The notes beneath the pieces are model-generated. The model was not told the DNA's origin and ran no database searches. It was given only the letters and a program-made list of their open reading frames with translations. A DNA stretch of 64,000 bases from contig OZ244901.1 in the NCBI GenBank assembly GCA_965221545.1, positions 2,205,891-2,269,890 of the forward strand, read 5' to 3'. Source of the stretch: Paracoccaceae bacterium. Lineage in GTDB: Bacteria > Pseudomonadota > Alphaproteobacteria > Rhodobacterales > Rhodobacteraceae. Positions 53,864 to 62,615 of the stretch are shown in pieces; the stretch's first letter is position 1; each line of letters starts with the position of its first letter. Both the position numbers and the translations under genes were made by a program.

Positions 53864-54748
53864 CTATTTGAGCGCCTTTATGTACTGCGCGATGGCAAGG
53901 CGGTCCTCGAGCGAAAGTCTGCCTATTGTTGCGACAACCTCGGCCATCTCGCCACCTGCACTGTCGAAATCCGGCGTAAATCCGGTTTCAAGGTAGTAGG
54001 CAATGTCTTCTGCACTCCAGTTCAGAGCGCTTGGCACCAGCCCGGGAATGCGTCCCTTTCCGGCAGGATGTGGCGCGCCCTCCATCCAAGCCGAAGCGAG
54101 GCTGCCTCCCAGGAAGTTCCGTGGAGTGTGGCACTCGGCGCAATGGCCCAGAGCCTCCACCAGGTAGCGCCCGCGTTCCAGTTCGGGCGTTTCTGCAGGC
54201 CGTACCCATGCCGATCCCAGGAACAGGGACTTCCAGGCCCCAAGCGAGGAGCGGACATTGAATGGGAAGGTCAGCTCGTGCGGCCGGCTTGCCATGGGCA
54301 AGGCAGGCAGGGTCTGCATGAACGCCCAAAGATCGACCACATCCTGGTCCTTCATTCGTGCATAGGATGTGTATGGAAACGCCGGATAATAATGATGACC
54401 TTCGGGCGACGTGCCATGGAGCAGGGCAGAGGCGAATTCCACAAGTGTCCAGTCACCAATTCCGTAGGTCGGATCAGAAGAGATGTTGGGTGCGGCAAAG
54501 GTGCCGAACCGGGTCACGAAGCGCCGGCCTCCAGGCAGTGCCAAGTCGTCGTCGCTCGTTTCAGCCTTGTGGCACGACGCGCATCCACCTGCCCAGAACA
54601 CCACTTCGCCCTGTGCCGCATTGCCTTGGAGCGACGCAAACCGTGTGGAATCTACGACTGCAGGACGGGTCAGCCAGAGTGCTGCCAAAATGCCGAACAC
54701 TCCAAGCAAGGACAGCCACGTCAGGGCACGCTTCATCGCCTCTTTCAC
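53864..54748 (-). CDS. Membrane-anchored dihaem cytochrome c
   Basis: Two CXXCH motifs (CASCH, CAECH) and an N-terminal TM/signal anchor. Confidence 0.7.
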   Translation of the reverse strand: MKEAMKRALTWLSLLGVFGILAALWLTRPAVVDSTRFASLQGNAAQGEVVFWAGGCASCHKAETSDDDLALPGGRRFVTRFGTFAAPNISSDPTYGIGDWTLVEFASALLHGTSPEGHHYYPAFPYTSYARMKDQDVVDLWAFMQTLPALPMASRPHELTFPFNVRSSLGAWKSLFLGSAWVRPAETPELERGRYLVEALGHCAECHTPRNFLGGSLASAWMEGAPHPAGKGRIPGLVPSALNWSAEDIAYYLETGFTPDFDSAGGEMAEVVATIGRLSLEDRLAIAQYIKALK

Positions 54749-54781
54749 CTTGGCCGGCAGGTTGCCTCTGTTTCGCCAAAT

Positions 54782-55252
54782 TCAGCGCTGACGAAAACTT
54801 CTATGGCAAGCACTGCAAGTGCCGCCGACACCGCGAATTGCGCCGCGCAACTCGTCTTGACCTTCTCCTGCCGCTGCAGCGAGCTGCCTTGCGGCCTCGA
54901 TCAGTTGAACGCCAATTTCGTCCAAGCGCGATCCGTCCTCCCAGATCGAAGGCAGGGCCCTGGTTTCATTGCCCAATTCCGCCGTCGAAGTGCCGGGAGC
55001 CCAATAGGCGTCCTGTTTCATCATCGCGAGCGCCAGGAGATTGTTCGCAGCTGCCTGCGCCGCAACCGCATCGTAGTCGACTTCGCCCTTCGCCATGGCT
55101 CCAATTACGTCGAGGTTGAACGCATAGAGCTTCATGTGCGCTTGACGGGCATTTGCGGCAAGATTGCCGTCATGTCCACCCGCATTTGTGGGCGTAGCCC
55201 CTGCCAATGTCAGGGCGGCAACCATGAATGCAAAGTGATTCGTGAATTTCAT
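54782..55252 (-). CDS. cycP: Cytochrome c' (class II cytochrome c)
   Basis: Signal peptide, a four-helix-bundle-like sequence, and a single C-terminal CSACH haem site. Confidence 0.65.
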   Translation of the reverse strand: MKFTNHFAFMVAALTLAGATPTNAGGHDGNLAANARQAHMKLYAFNLDVIGAMAKGEVDYDAVAAQAAANNLLALAMMKQDAYWAPGTSTAELGNETRALPSIWEDGSRLDEIGVQLIEAARQLAAAAGEGQDELRGAIRGVGGTCSACHRSFRQR

Positions 55253-55383
55253 CCGCTTTCTCTTGAACAAGGTCTGCAATACTAAGCATGCTATCCGACC
55301 ATGCAAATATTGCCACCACTATAGAATCACAACACAATTGGTCTCTATCACAGTCGCCGCAACCTCCATAAGGAAGGATGTCA

Positions 55384-56013
55384 ATGATCGTTTGCCTTGG
55401 ATGGGGGTCTTTAATCTGGAGCCTACGTGGCCTGCCTGTAAACAGCTCAGGTTGCCTGGACCATCGGCACGACAACCCCGAAAATTGCTCGACTTCAAAC
55501 GGACCTTGGTTACTCAATGGTCCGTGTCTGCCAGTAGAATTCGCACGGGAGTCCAGCGACGGGCGCATCACACTCGTCATCACGCCCAACCGCCGCCCCG
55601 TACAGGTCTTCTCCGCAGTCATGGATGTTCCATCAGTGGAAGACAGCGGAGTCGAACACGCTCGTAGCGCACTCGCTCTGCGTGAAGGTATTCAATCCAA
55701 GTATATCAGTCAGTCTGTCGGCCATTGGTCAGCAAATTCAGATTCAGGCCATGATGAAGTCGCTGTCATCGGCAATTGGGCTGAGCAACTCGGCTATAAG
55801 GGTGTCGTCTGGACCGCACTCAAGCCAAAATTCCGTGGAAAGTATGAGACACCAACTAGCGACGAAGTTCTCGAGTATCTATGCCGCGATCTAACAGGAA
55901 ATAAGCTCGAAAAAGCAAAGGAATATGTGCGCCGCACCCCTGCTCCCATACGAACGGCATATCGTGACGAAATCGAACGCGTTTTGGGCTGGACGCCGAT
56001 TGGAGCGTACTGA
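55384..56013 (+). CDS. Hypothetical protein with ChaC/gamma-glutamylcyclotransferase-like N-terminal features and an uncharacterised C-terminal extension
   Basis: LGWGSLIW (compare the YGSLxW motif of ChaC/GGCT) and ALREGIQSKY (compare the L..RE...Y catalytic Glu region). Low-G+C context. SD AAGGAAGG. Start is ATG 55378 or 55384. Confidence 0.4.
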   Translation: MIVCLGWGSLIWSLRGLPVNSSGCLDHRHDNPENCSTSNGPWLLNGPCLPVEFARESSDGRITLVITPNRRPVQVFSAVMDVPSVEDSGVEHARSALALREGIQSKYISQSVGHWSANSDSGHDEVAVIGNWAEQLGYKGVVWTALKPKFRGKYETPTSDEVLEYLCRDLTGNKLEKAKEYVRRTPAPIRTAYRDEIERVLGWTPIGAY

Positions 56014-56232
56014 AACATTACGACAGCCTGACAGTACACAAGCAGAGGATTGGCAATGACCAAAAAATCAGCCCTAGGTGAAACAGGGCAACCACGAGTT
56101 TTTGGGAGAGTCTTGGCAGCTCGGCAACATCGCTTCAACCCAGTAAGGCGGTGCATTGCATAGCGGGTTCTTGATCCGAATTTTGGACAACCCCATAGTT
56201 GCAGTCCCTAACTTTCGGACCCGTGCCTATCT

Positions 56233-56595
56233 TCAACCTGTTGTGCTTGGTTGACCTGACGCTGCCGTTGTGGCGGCGGTCGACATAGACGCCGCTCTAG
56301 TTGTTTCGCCGTCGCCCGTGTCTAGATGCTGGCCGTCTTCGCCGTGCGCGCTTGAGGCTTCATTGGGCCTTCGACTAGCAAACCAGTAGGTGATGATGCC
56401 CGTCGCAATTGGCAACACCATAGTAAACACTTCTTTCGCTAGAGCCAAATCCGAATTTTTGGCGTCGGCCACTGCGAATGCCAGAACTAAAATCAGGCTG
56501 CCAAAGAATACATAAAACGCAGCGCCATAGGTGACATATATGCGTACCTTGCTGCGCCGCATCTCGATCTGATCCCGGACAGTCATATTGCTCAC
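56233..56595 (-). CDS. Small hypothetical membrane protein (2 TM) with a Thr/Ala/Ser-rich tail
   Basis: GTG start 6 nt after AGGAGA. Two hydrophobic helices (YVTYGAAFYVFFGSLILVLAFAV, VFTMVLPIATGIITYWF). No recognisable family. Confidence 0.5.
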   Translation of the reverse strand: MSNMTVRDQIEMRRSKVRIYVTYGAAFYVFFGSLILVLAFAVADAKNSDLALAKEVFTMVLPIATGIITYWFASRRPNEASSAHGEDGQHLDTGDGETTRAASMSTAATTAASGQPSTTG

Positions 56596-56768
56596 TTTCC
56601 TTCTCCTGAAATTAGCTTCAGCGTGGCGGAACTAGAATTTTCGGTGCCATTCATCGTTACCCAGCAGTTCGTTTCACAGCCTAGCCTGCAGAATCTCCCA
56701 AGCTTGCACGGGCATCTACACAGACCAAGCGCGGCTTTCCAGAACACCGCTGACGCCATCGAGACCAT
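56592..56768 (-). CDS. Candidate 58-aa Cys-rich mini-protein overlapping the membrane-protein start (GTGA)
   Basis: MVSMASAVFWKAALGLCRCPCKLGRFCRLGCETNCWVTMNGTENSSSATLKLISGEGK. It is below the 60-aa cut-off of the ORF track. No clear SD. Confidence 0.2.
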   Translation of the reverse strand: MVSMASAVFWKAALGLCRCPCKLGRFCRLGCETNCWVTMNGTENSSSATLKLISGEGK

Positions 56769-57094
56769 CATTGAGGTCTGAGGCCGTGGGAAATCAGGTC
56801 ACCGAAAGTTTGTTCCCTTTTTCCTACCATTTGACAGGCGATCTTTGGCGAAATCAGTACAATTTGACGGCTGCACATCCATCACGCTTCAAATTGCGTT
56901 ACATTTGGGCGTTCATGCATCAAATCGCTCGTGGCCAGAGTCGATGGGGTGCTCCGTGATACCAGTCTGATCCACTAGATCGCACGGTACCTGTATTTTG
57001 ACGAGGACGTATCCTGAACAATCTAGCGGGAAGGGTTGACTGAGATGGCCCACTGCAATCAAGCAGGCCATCCCCAGCCATCCAAATCGCCCAA

Positions 57095-57274
57095 TCAGGC
57101 TTCGTCCTTAACGGTCGTGGTCGCCGCGTTACGCTGGACACTCTCGATGCCATCTTCTGCTGCACGCTTGGTCGTGTAGCGCTCCGAGGTTGCGATCACC
57201 TCATGGTTCGCGGCGTGCAGGTTGAACATGAACTGTCCATCCAGCGTCTTCTTCAGTTTGTAGTATGCGCTCAT
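57095..57274 (-). CDS. YegP/DUF1508-family small protein (single domain, 59 aa)
   Basis: MSAYYKLKKTLDGQFMFNLHAANHEVIATSERYTTKRAAEDGIESVQRNA fits the DUF1508 pattern. SD GAGGA upstream. Confidence 0.7.
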   Translation of the reverse strand: MSAYYKLKKTLDGQFMFNLHAANHEVIATSERYTTKRAAEDGIESVQRNAATTTVKDEA

Positions 57275-58137
57275 AGCAGCATCCTCAATTGAAGAGAGCG
57301 CACTTGCCCGGTCTACAAAAGGAGCGTAAGGTTCCCTTGCGTTTGTCACCGTTGGGTGCGCTCTCTAGCTTCACCCAACTGCACAATGCAGGGCCGGGGT
57401 CGCTGCACGATTCCGGCCCAACATATCAGCAGCCACTCAAACGTAATCACTGAATCTAGAAATGCAAGCGAAATCTAGTGGTCAGCAGAATTAAATTGGC
57501 GAATTGCATTAATGTCACGTGTTAGCTCGTTGGAACAACTTGTTGTCTTTGAGTTTTTCTGCCCAAGCACTATCCGAAGATCTCCACTGTGTCCGAGCCG
57601 GCTTGGAGAATAGGATAGAGAGTCAACAGTTGGAGCGCCTCACCGGGACCCTGTTGCGGAGAGTCTTATGCGGCCGGTGTTGCAGGAACGGACATAGCCG
57701 AGATCGTGTGGCAGTGGTATCTGTCTCACGGGAGCCGTCACATCCCCCCTCTCTCATTGCCGACATCACGTGCCGCAAGGTAGGGTAACGAGCGAACTGC
57801 GAAGCACTGCCCTCGGACATTGCGGTAGATTTTCAAATGATCCCATTCCGATTGTGCTTAATCAGTGTCAGCGGCCAAGTACATTCGCCTAGCCAGTGTC
57901 AATTTCCTGATTGCGGCAGAGCCCAAGAAAGGCGAGGCGTTTGTTCCGCAGGCGCCCGTGCTGGCTGCTCAGCGAAACTTTCTTGCCAGCAGAAAATTGC
58001 ACAACATGGAGAGTAGCACGGTCAATTGGTATCTGTTGGCCAGCTTCCCATATCCTGTGACAGATTCCTGTATCAGTGTCGAAGACACTGCGTAGGGGGA
58101 ATTGGAACATTGCAGGAGTGTATCCGTCCAATTGTGA

Positions 58138-58713
58138 CTATGGCCGTTCCGTCACCTCGTTGCTGACGTTACCGTCCGAATCCGCAAGACGAACGCGCCC
58201 GATATAGGGCAGGTTCCTGTTTCTCTGTGCGTAGTCGATTCCGTATCCGACCACAAATTCGTCTGGAATCTCAAACCCGGTCCAGGTGGCGCAAATGTCG
58301 ACTTCGCGACGTGACGGCTTATCAAGAAGCGCGATCGTTTCGAGCCTTCGCGGGTTGCGCGCCTGCAGGAATCTGACGACGTGGCTCAGCGTGTATCCCG
58401 TGTCCACGATGTCCTCGACCACGAGAACGTCCTCGCCTTCGATTTCGCCCCGGAGATCCTTGAGAATTCGCACCTCGTGGCTCGAAACCATCTCGTTCCC
58501 GTAGGAGGAGACTTCGAGGAAGTCGACCTCGACATTCATGTCAAGCTCACGCACGAGATCGGCAATGAGCACGAAGGATCCGCGCAAGAGCCCGACAATT
58601 ATAAGCTTGTCTGTATCGCGAAACGTCGCCTGGATTTCACGGGCGAGTTCCTCGACTCGGTTCGCAATGGCCTTTGCCGAAATCAACTCAACAATCACAT
58701 ATGGTCTTGTCAA
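58138..58713 (-). CDS. hpt: Hypoxanthine phosphoribosyltransferase
   Basis: PRPP-binding motif [14 protein letters not shown], with the typical GLLRGSF and VGYGIDY motifs. Confidence 0.9.
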   Translation of the reverse strand: MTRPYVIVELISAKAIANRVEELAREIQATFRDTDKLIIVGLLRGSFVLIADLVRELDMNVEVDFLEVSSYGNEMVSSHEVRILKDLRGEIEGEDVLVVEDIVDTGYTLSHVVRFLQARNPRRLETIALLDKPSRREVDICATWTGFEIPDEFVVGYGIDYAQRNRNLPYIGRVRLADSDGNVSNEVTERP

Positions 58714-58784
58714 AACGAGTCCCCCCTTGACCCCCGTTCCCGCTCCCTACACGTAAGGGACAGGACAATTCCAGACCCGAGCAC

Positions 58785-59237
58785 ATGCCCTCCCATACTG
58801 AATGCCGTCGCGTGCCTTACAGTGCCAGACAGATGTACGACCTTGTGGCGGATGTGGAACGCTATCCGGAGTTCTTGCCTTGGACCACTGCCGCTCGCAT
58901 CCGCGAGACGCGCCACGAAGGCAGTCGCGTCGTGATGCTCGCCGACCTGGTAGTTTCCTTCAAGGTCTTCAGCGAGAAATTTGGCAGCCGGGTTACGCTT
59001 TGGCCCGACTCAAACAGGATCAACACCGAGTATCTTGACGGCCCTTTCCGCCGAATGAACTCGGACTGGGAGTTCGCTGACGCAGAGGAGGGCGGATCTG
59101 ATGTGAGCTTCCACGTGGACTTCGAGTTCCGGAACAGGCTTCTGCAGACCACGGCCAAACTCTTTTTCAATGAAGTGACGCAGCGTGTTGTGCAGGCTTT
59201 TGAGCGTCGTGCGGCAGATCTTTATGGGCAAGACTAG
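58785..59237 (+). CDS. ratA: SRPBCC-fold RatA/Coq10-family protein
   Basis: VPYSARQMYDLVADVERYPEFLPW start, typical of RatA/Coq10 (polyketide cyclase/START-like). Confidence 0.75.
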   Translation: MPSHTECRRVPYSARQMYDLVADVERYPEFLPWTTAARIRETRHEGSRVVMLADLVVSFKVFSEKFGSRVTLWPDSNRINTEYLDGPFRRMNSDWEFADAEEGGSDVSFHVDFEFRNRLLQTTAKLFFNEVTQRVVQAFERRAADLYGQD

Positions 59238-59324
59238 ACGAGGGTCAGCGACCTTTCCCTGAATGGCGCGGTTTCTTGCGGAGCGTACAGATGACGGGCA
59301 TGCCACTGTGAAGAGTGCTTACAC

Positions 59325-59430
59325 AAGTATGACTCTTTTATATAATAAATTCAAATTACTACATATTTAATTTTACAATTTTATGTAGAATTGTATGGTA
59401 ACCTTTTGATTTAACGAATTATAGAGAGGC
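59325..59430. other. Extremely AT-rich island with nested short inverted repeats
   Basis: Hand count: 9 G/C in the 60 nt of 59341-59400 (15% G+C). CTACATA (59359-59365)/TATGTAG (59382-59388) and ACAATT (59375-59380)/AATTGT (59389-59394). Confidence 0.6.
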
Positions 59431-59607
59431 TTAGGCATCGAAACCGTAGAATTGTCAGGCGACGCATCTCCTGATTAGACCATTTGTCAATGATCGCCAC
59501 CATAACACGGACGGAAGTCAATCTTGTTCGGCACGTCGTGGATTGGGCATGCACTCAGGCTGTCTGCGGGCGTCGGCTTGCCTCACGGAACGAGGGTTCC
59601 TGGATGG

Positions 59608-59925
59608 TCAGCTTTTGCGCGCCGCCTTTTCGTCGACACCCGAGATGCCTTCGCGCTCTTCAAGAACCTTCAACACCGCATCGAGTTCGACTTCACGTGC
59701 CGCCAGCATTACAATGAGATGATAAAGAACGTCCGCCGCCTCTGACGCAAGCCGGTCGCGGTCACCCCGAACCGCCTCGACGACGGCTTCGACGGCTTCC
59801 TCGCCAAATTTCTGTGCAGCCTTCTCTGGACCCGCCGCAAGAAGTTGCGCAGTCCAGGAACTTTTCGGGTCAGCTGCCCTCTTCTCAGCTACGGTCCGGG
59901 CAAGCCGGTCCAGAATGTCAGTCAT
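59608..59925 (-). CDS. hisE: Phosphoribosyl-ATP pyrophosphohydrolase
   Basis: SWTAQLLAAGPEKAAQKFGEEAVE...EAADVLYHLIVML pattern. Confidence 0.9.
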   Translation of the reverse strand: MTDILDRLARTVAEKRAADPKSSWTAQLLAAGPEKAAQKFGEEAVEAVVEAVRGDRDRLASEAADVLYHLIVMLAAREVELDAVLKVLEEREGISGVDEKAARKS

Positions 59926-60191
59926 CTGAATTTCACGCTGGAAGCCCCGGCAACCGGGCCGGGACGGAAAGCGAGCTCCCTATGTAGACGCCGCAATTCG
60001 GGCGTGGAGGATCGGTATCGCTGGAACTCTCCCGTGGAAAACTCCGCTGCGTTGTGTGGATGCTTCTTGCGAAGGTTTGCCGGTGAAGCGCGAACCTGAG
60101 GAGTGCCTGGAAGATTCTCCCGGCCATCGAGTGCCGCGAAAGTTAGATTCACGCGCGAAAACAATGCTTTACTGGATGGTCGGCAGGCCAT
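59922..60191 (-). CDS. Questionable 89-codon ORF filling the hisF-hisE spacer
   Basis: AAGGAG lies 6 nt before the ATG, and its stop overlaps the hisE ATG (ATGA). However the protein is basic and low-complexity-like, and third-position G+C looks lower than in neighbouring genes. Confidence 0.25.
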   Translation of the reverse strand: MACRPSSKALFSRVNLTFAALDGRENLPGTPQVRASPANLRKKHPHNAAEFSTGEFQRYRSSTPELRRLHRELAFRPGPVAGASSVKFR

Positions 60192-60277
60192 CCCTTGCTC
60201 CTTTGTGTCGGGACTGCATCATGCTCTCGGGCTTTCCTGGTCCGTTGAAGTCCTTGCTATCGAGGGCGGGTGAGAGA

Positions 60278-61039
60278 TCAAGTGAGCCTCACGGAAACGC
60301 CGTGCGCCGACATGTGTGCCTTGGCTTCGGCAATTGAAAACTCTCCAAAGTGGAAAATCGATGCGGCCAGTACAGCACTGGCCCCGCCCTCGGTCACGCC
60401 TGCAACCAGGTGATCCAGCACGCCGACGCCGCCGGACGCGATCACGGGGATCGACACGGCGTCCGCAATCGTTCGGGTCAACGGGATATCAAATCCCGCA
60501 CGTGTCCCGTCCCGGTCCATGGAGGTAAGCAGGATCTCGCCTGCACCTTTCGCCTCAACGGATTGCGCAAACTCCACGGCGTCGATTCCGGTCGCGCGTC
60601 GCCCTCCATGCGTGAAGATCTCCCACTTGTTCGCTTCCGTTGACTTTGCGTCGATCGCAACAACAATGCACTGCGAGCCAAACCTTTCCGCTGCGCGCGC
60701 CACCACGTCGGGATCTGCCACTGCCGCCGAATTGAAGGAGACCTTGTCTGCTCCGGCCAGCAGCAGGGCGCGGACATCCTCGACCGTTCGAACGCCACCG
60801 CCCACAGTCAAGGGCATGAAACAATGTTCTGCGGTCCGCGTCGCAAGGTCATGCATCGTATCGCGGTTTTCGTGCGTTGCATGAATGTCGAGAAAGCAAA
60901 GTTCGTCAGCCCCGGCTGCATCGTAGGCGATTGCCGCCTCGACCGGGTCTCCGGCGTCGACAAGATCAACGAAGTTCACGCCCTTCACGACTCGGCCGTC
61001 GGCCACGTCCAGGCACGGTATGACCCGGGTCTTCAGCAT
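60278..61039 (-). CDS. hisF: Imidazole glycerol phosphate synthase, cyclase subunit
   Basis: [23 protein letters not shown] start, and typical HisF sequence through to the C-terminus. Confidence 0.95.
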   Translation of the reverse strand: MLKTRVIPCLDVADGRVVKGVNFVDLVDAGDPVEAAIAYDAAGADELCFLDIHATHENRDTMHDLATRTAEHCFMPLTVGGGVRTVEDVRALLLAGADKVSFNSAAVADPDVVARAAERFGSQCIVVAIDAKSTEANKWEIFTHGGRRATGIDAVEFAQSVEAKGAGEILLTSMDRDGTRAGFDIPLTRTIADAVSIPVIASGGVGVLDHLVAGVTEGGASAVLAASIFHFGEFSIAEAKAHMSAHGVSVRLT

Positions 61040-61234
61040 GCGGGGTCTATCGGCATTCCTGTCCAAAGGGGCAAGATGATTCTGCAGTCCGCGTGAGCGT
61101 GAACGACGAGACGCGCCTGCCCGTTCCGCCGGATGCAGATCCCGGAAGCCGCCATGGGCACGCGCCGCCACCTTTCGTCGCTCGCACTGCAGGCAATGGC
61201 TGGAAACTCCCTGGTTTCCGTTCGGCGTTGCCGT

Positions 61235-62227
61235 TCACTGCGCAAGTGCCCGAGCAACATCCATGGCAAAATAGGTCAAAATGCCAGCGCAGCCGGCCCG
61301 TTTGAAGGCAGCAAGGCTCTCCATCATGACCTTGTCACCATCTATCCATCCGTTCTCGGCTGCAGCCTTGATCATCGCGTACTCGCCAGAAACCTGATAG
61401 GCAAAGACGGGGGCGCCGAAAGCGTCCGATGCTCGGCGGCAGATATCCAGATACGGCAATCCCGGCTTGACCATCACCATGTCCGCGCCCTCGGATAGGT
61501 CACGTTCGATCAGCCGCAGCGCTTCATCCGAATTTCCGGAATCGAGCTGGTACGTCTTCTTGTCGCCAACAAGCAGCCCAGACGCTCCAACTGCGTCGCG
61601 AAACGGACCGTAGAAGGCGCTCGCATATTTCGCCGAGTAGCTCAGGATGCACGTGCCCTGGTGGCCAGCGGCTTCCAGGGCCTGCCGCATCGCCCCTATG
61701 CGTCCGTCCATCATGTCGGACGGACCGAGTATGTCGGCTCCGGCCTTGGCCTGAGCTGCCGCCATCCGGACAAGGGCTTCCACGCTTTCGTCGTTCACGA
61801 TTTCTCCGTCCCGCACGATGCCGTCATGGCCGTTGACGTTGTACGGGTCGAGCGCCACGTCGGTCATGACCGCGATCTCCGGCACGGCATCCTTGAGGGC
61901 GCGCGTGGCGCGGTTCGACAGGTTTTCCGGGTTCCATGCCTCTTCACACTGTTCGGTCTTCAGAGAAGCGTCGACGTACGGAAACAGGCAAATTGCCGGA
62001 ATGCCCGCGCTCGCGGCCTCACGCGCCGACTTGACCAACCGGTCCACAGTCAGCCGCGTAACGCCAGGCATTGCAGGTATCGGCGTTTCGTCATCCATGC
62101 CTTCGCGCACGAACACGGGCCAAATCAGGTCATCGACGGAAAGCGTGTTCTCGCGAACCAGTCGCCTAAGCGCCTCCGTTCGCCGTGTACGCCGGAAGCG
62201 TCCTGCTGGATATGGTGCGATCACCAT
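61235..62227 (-). CDS. hemB: Porphobilinogen synthase (delta-aminolevulinate dehydratase)
   Basis: RRTRRTEALRRLVRE N-terminus and the active-site region ADMVMVKPGLPYLDI. Confidence 0.95.
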   Translation of the reverse strand: MVIAPYPAGRFRRTRRTEALRRLVRENTLSVDDLIWPVFVREGMDDETPIPAMPGVTRLTVDRLVKSAREAASAGIPAICLFPYVDASLKTEQCEEAWNPENLSNRATRALKDAVPEIAVMTDVALDPYNVNGHDGIVRDGEIVNDESVEALVRMAAAQAKAGADILGPSDMMDGRIGAMRQALEAAGHQGTCILSYSAKYASAFYGPFRDAVGASGLLVGDKKTYQLDSGNSDEALRLIERDLSEGADMVMVKPGLPYLDICRRASDAFGAPVFAYQVSGEYAMIKAAAENGWIDGDKVMMESLAAFKRAGCAGILTYFAMDVARALAQ

Positions 62228-62615
62228 TGATTGGTTCCCTTGTGCGCCAACTCAGACAGCATACGCGGTAGTGAAGCGGCACTGCATGGTCAAGGCTTCT
62301 CGCTCGTGTCCGTCACTCAAGAATGCTCTTCTCGGCAAATTGCTGCAAGGCATTGGTTTCGTGGACGGTCTGGACTTCATCACGCCTTCAAACCGGCTCG
62401 CATTATCCTTGTAGAAGCTCTTGATGCCACAGCCATGAATGGATTCAAGTGCATGGCAGATGCGTGCAATTGCGCGGATGCTGTAGCGAGCCGTATTTGT
62501 CGTACGATGCTTGTTTCCTTCAAGACAGCGCGAATTTTTTGCAGCGAGGGCGGATGCACCATTGACATGAACGCTAGTGGGAGCATAGTGGGCACGAGTG
62601 TCTGAGGGGGATCAA

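Noticed and set aside
59300-59480. AT-rich island as a replication origin
   Set aside because: I could not find any DnaA-box-like sequence (TTATCCACA or its complement) in or near it. It lies between convergent genes, not in a typical alphaproteobacterial ori context.
62228-62615. Stop-free minus-strand frame (...NKHRTTNTARYSIRAIARICHALESIHGCGIKSFYKDNASRFEG...), vaguely reminiscent of a recombinase/HTH N-terminus
   Set aside because: It has no start codon and the resemblance is weak. It overlaps the divergent promoter region of hemB and the BNR gene. It is worth a blastx search but cannot be supported as a feature.
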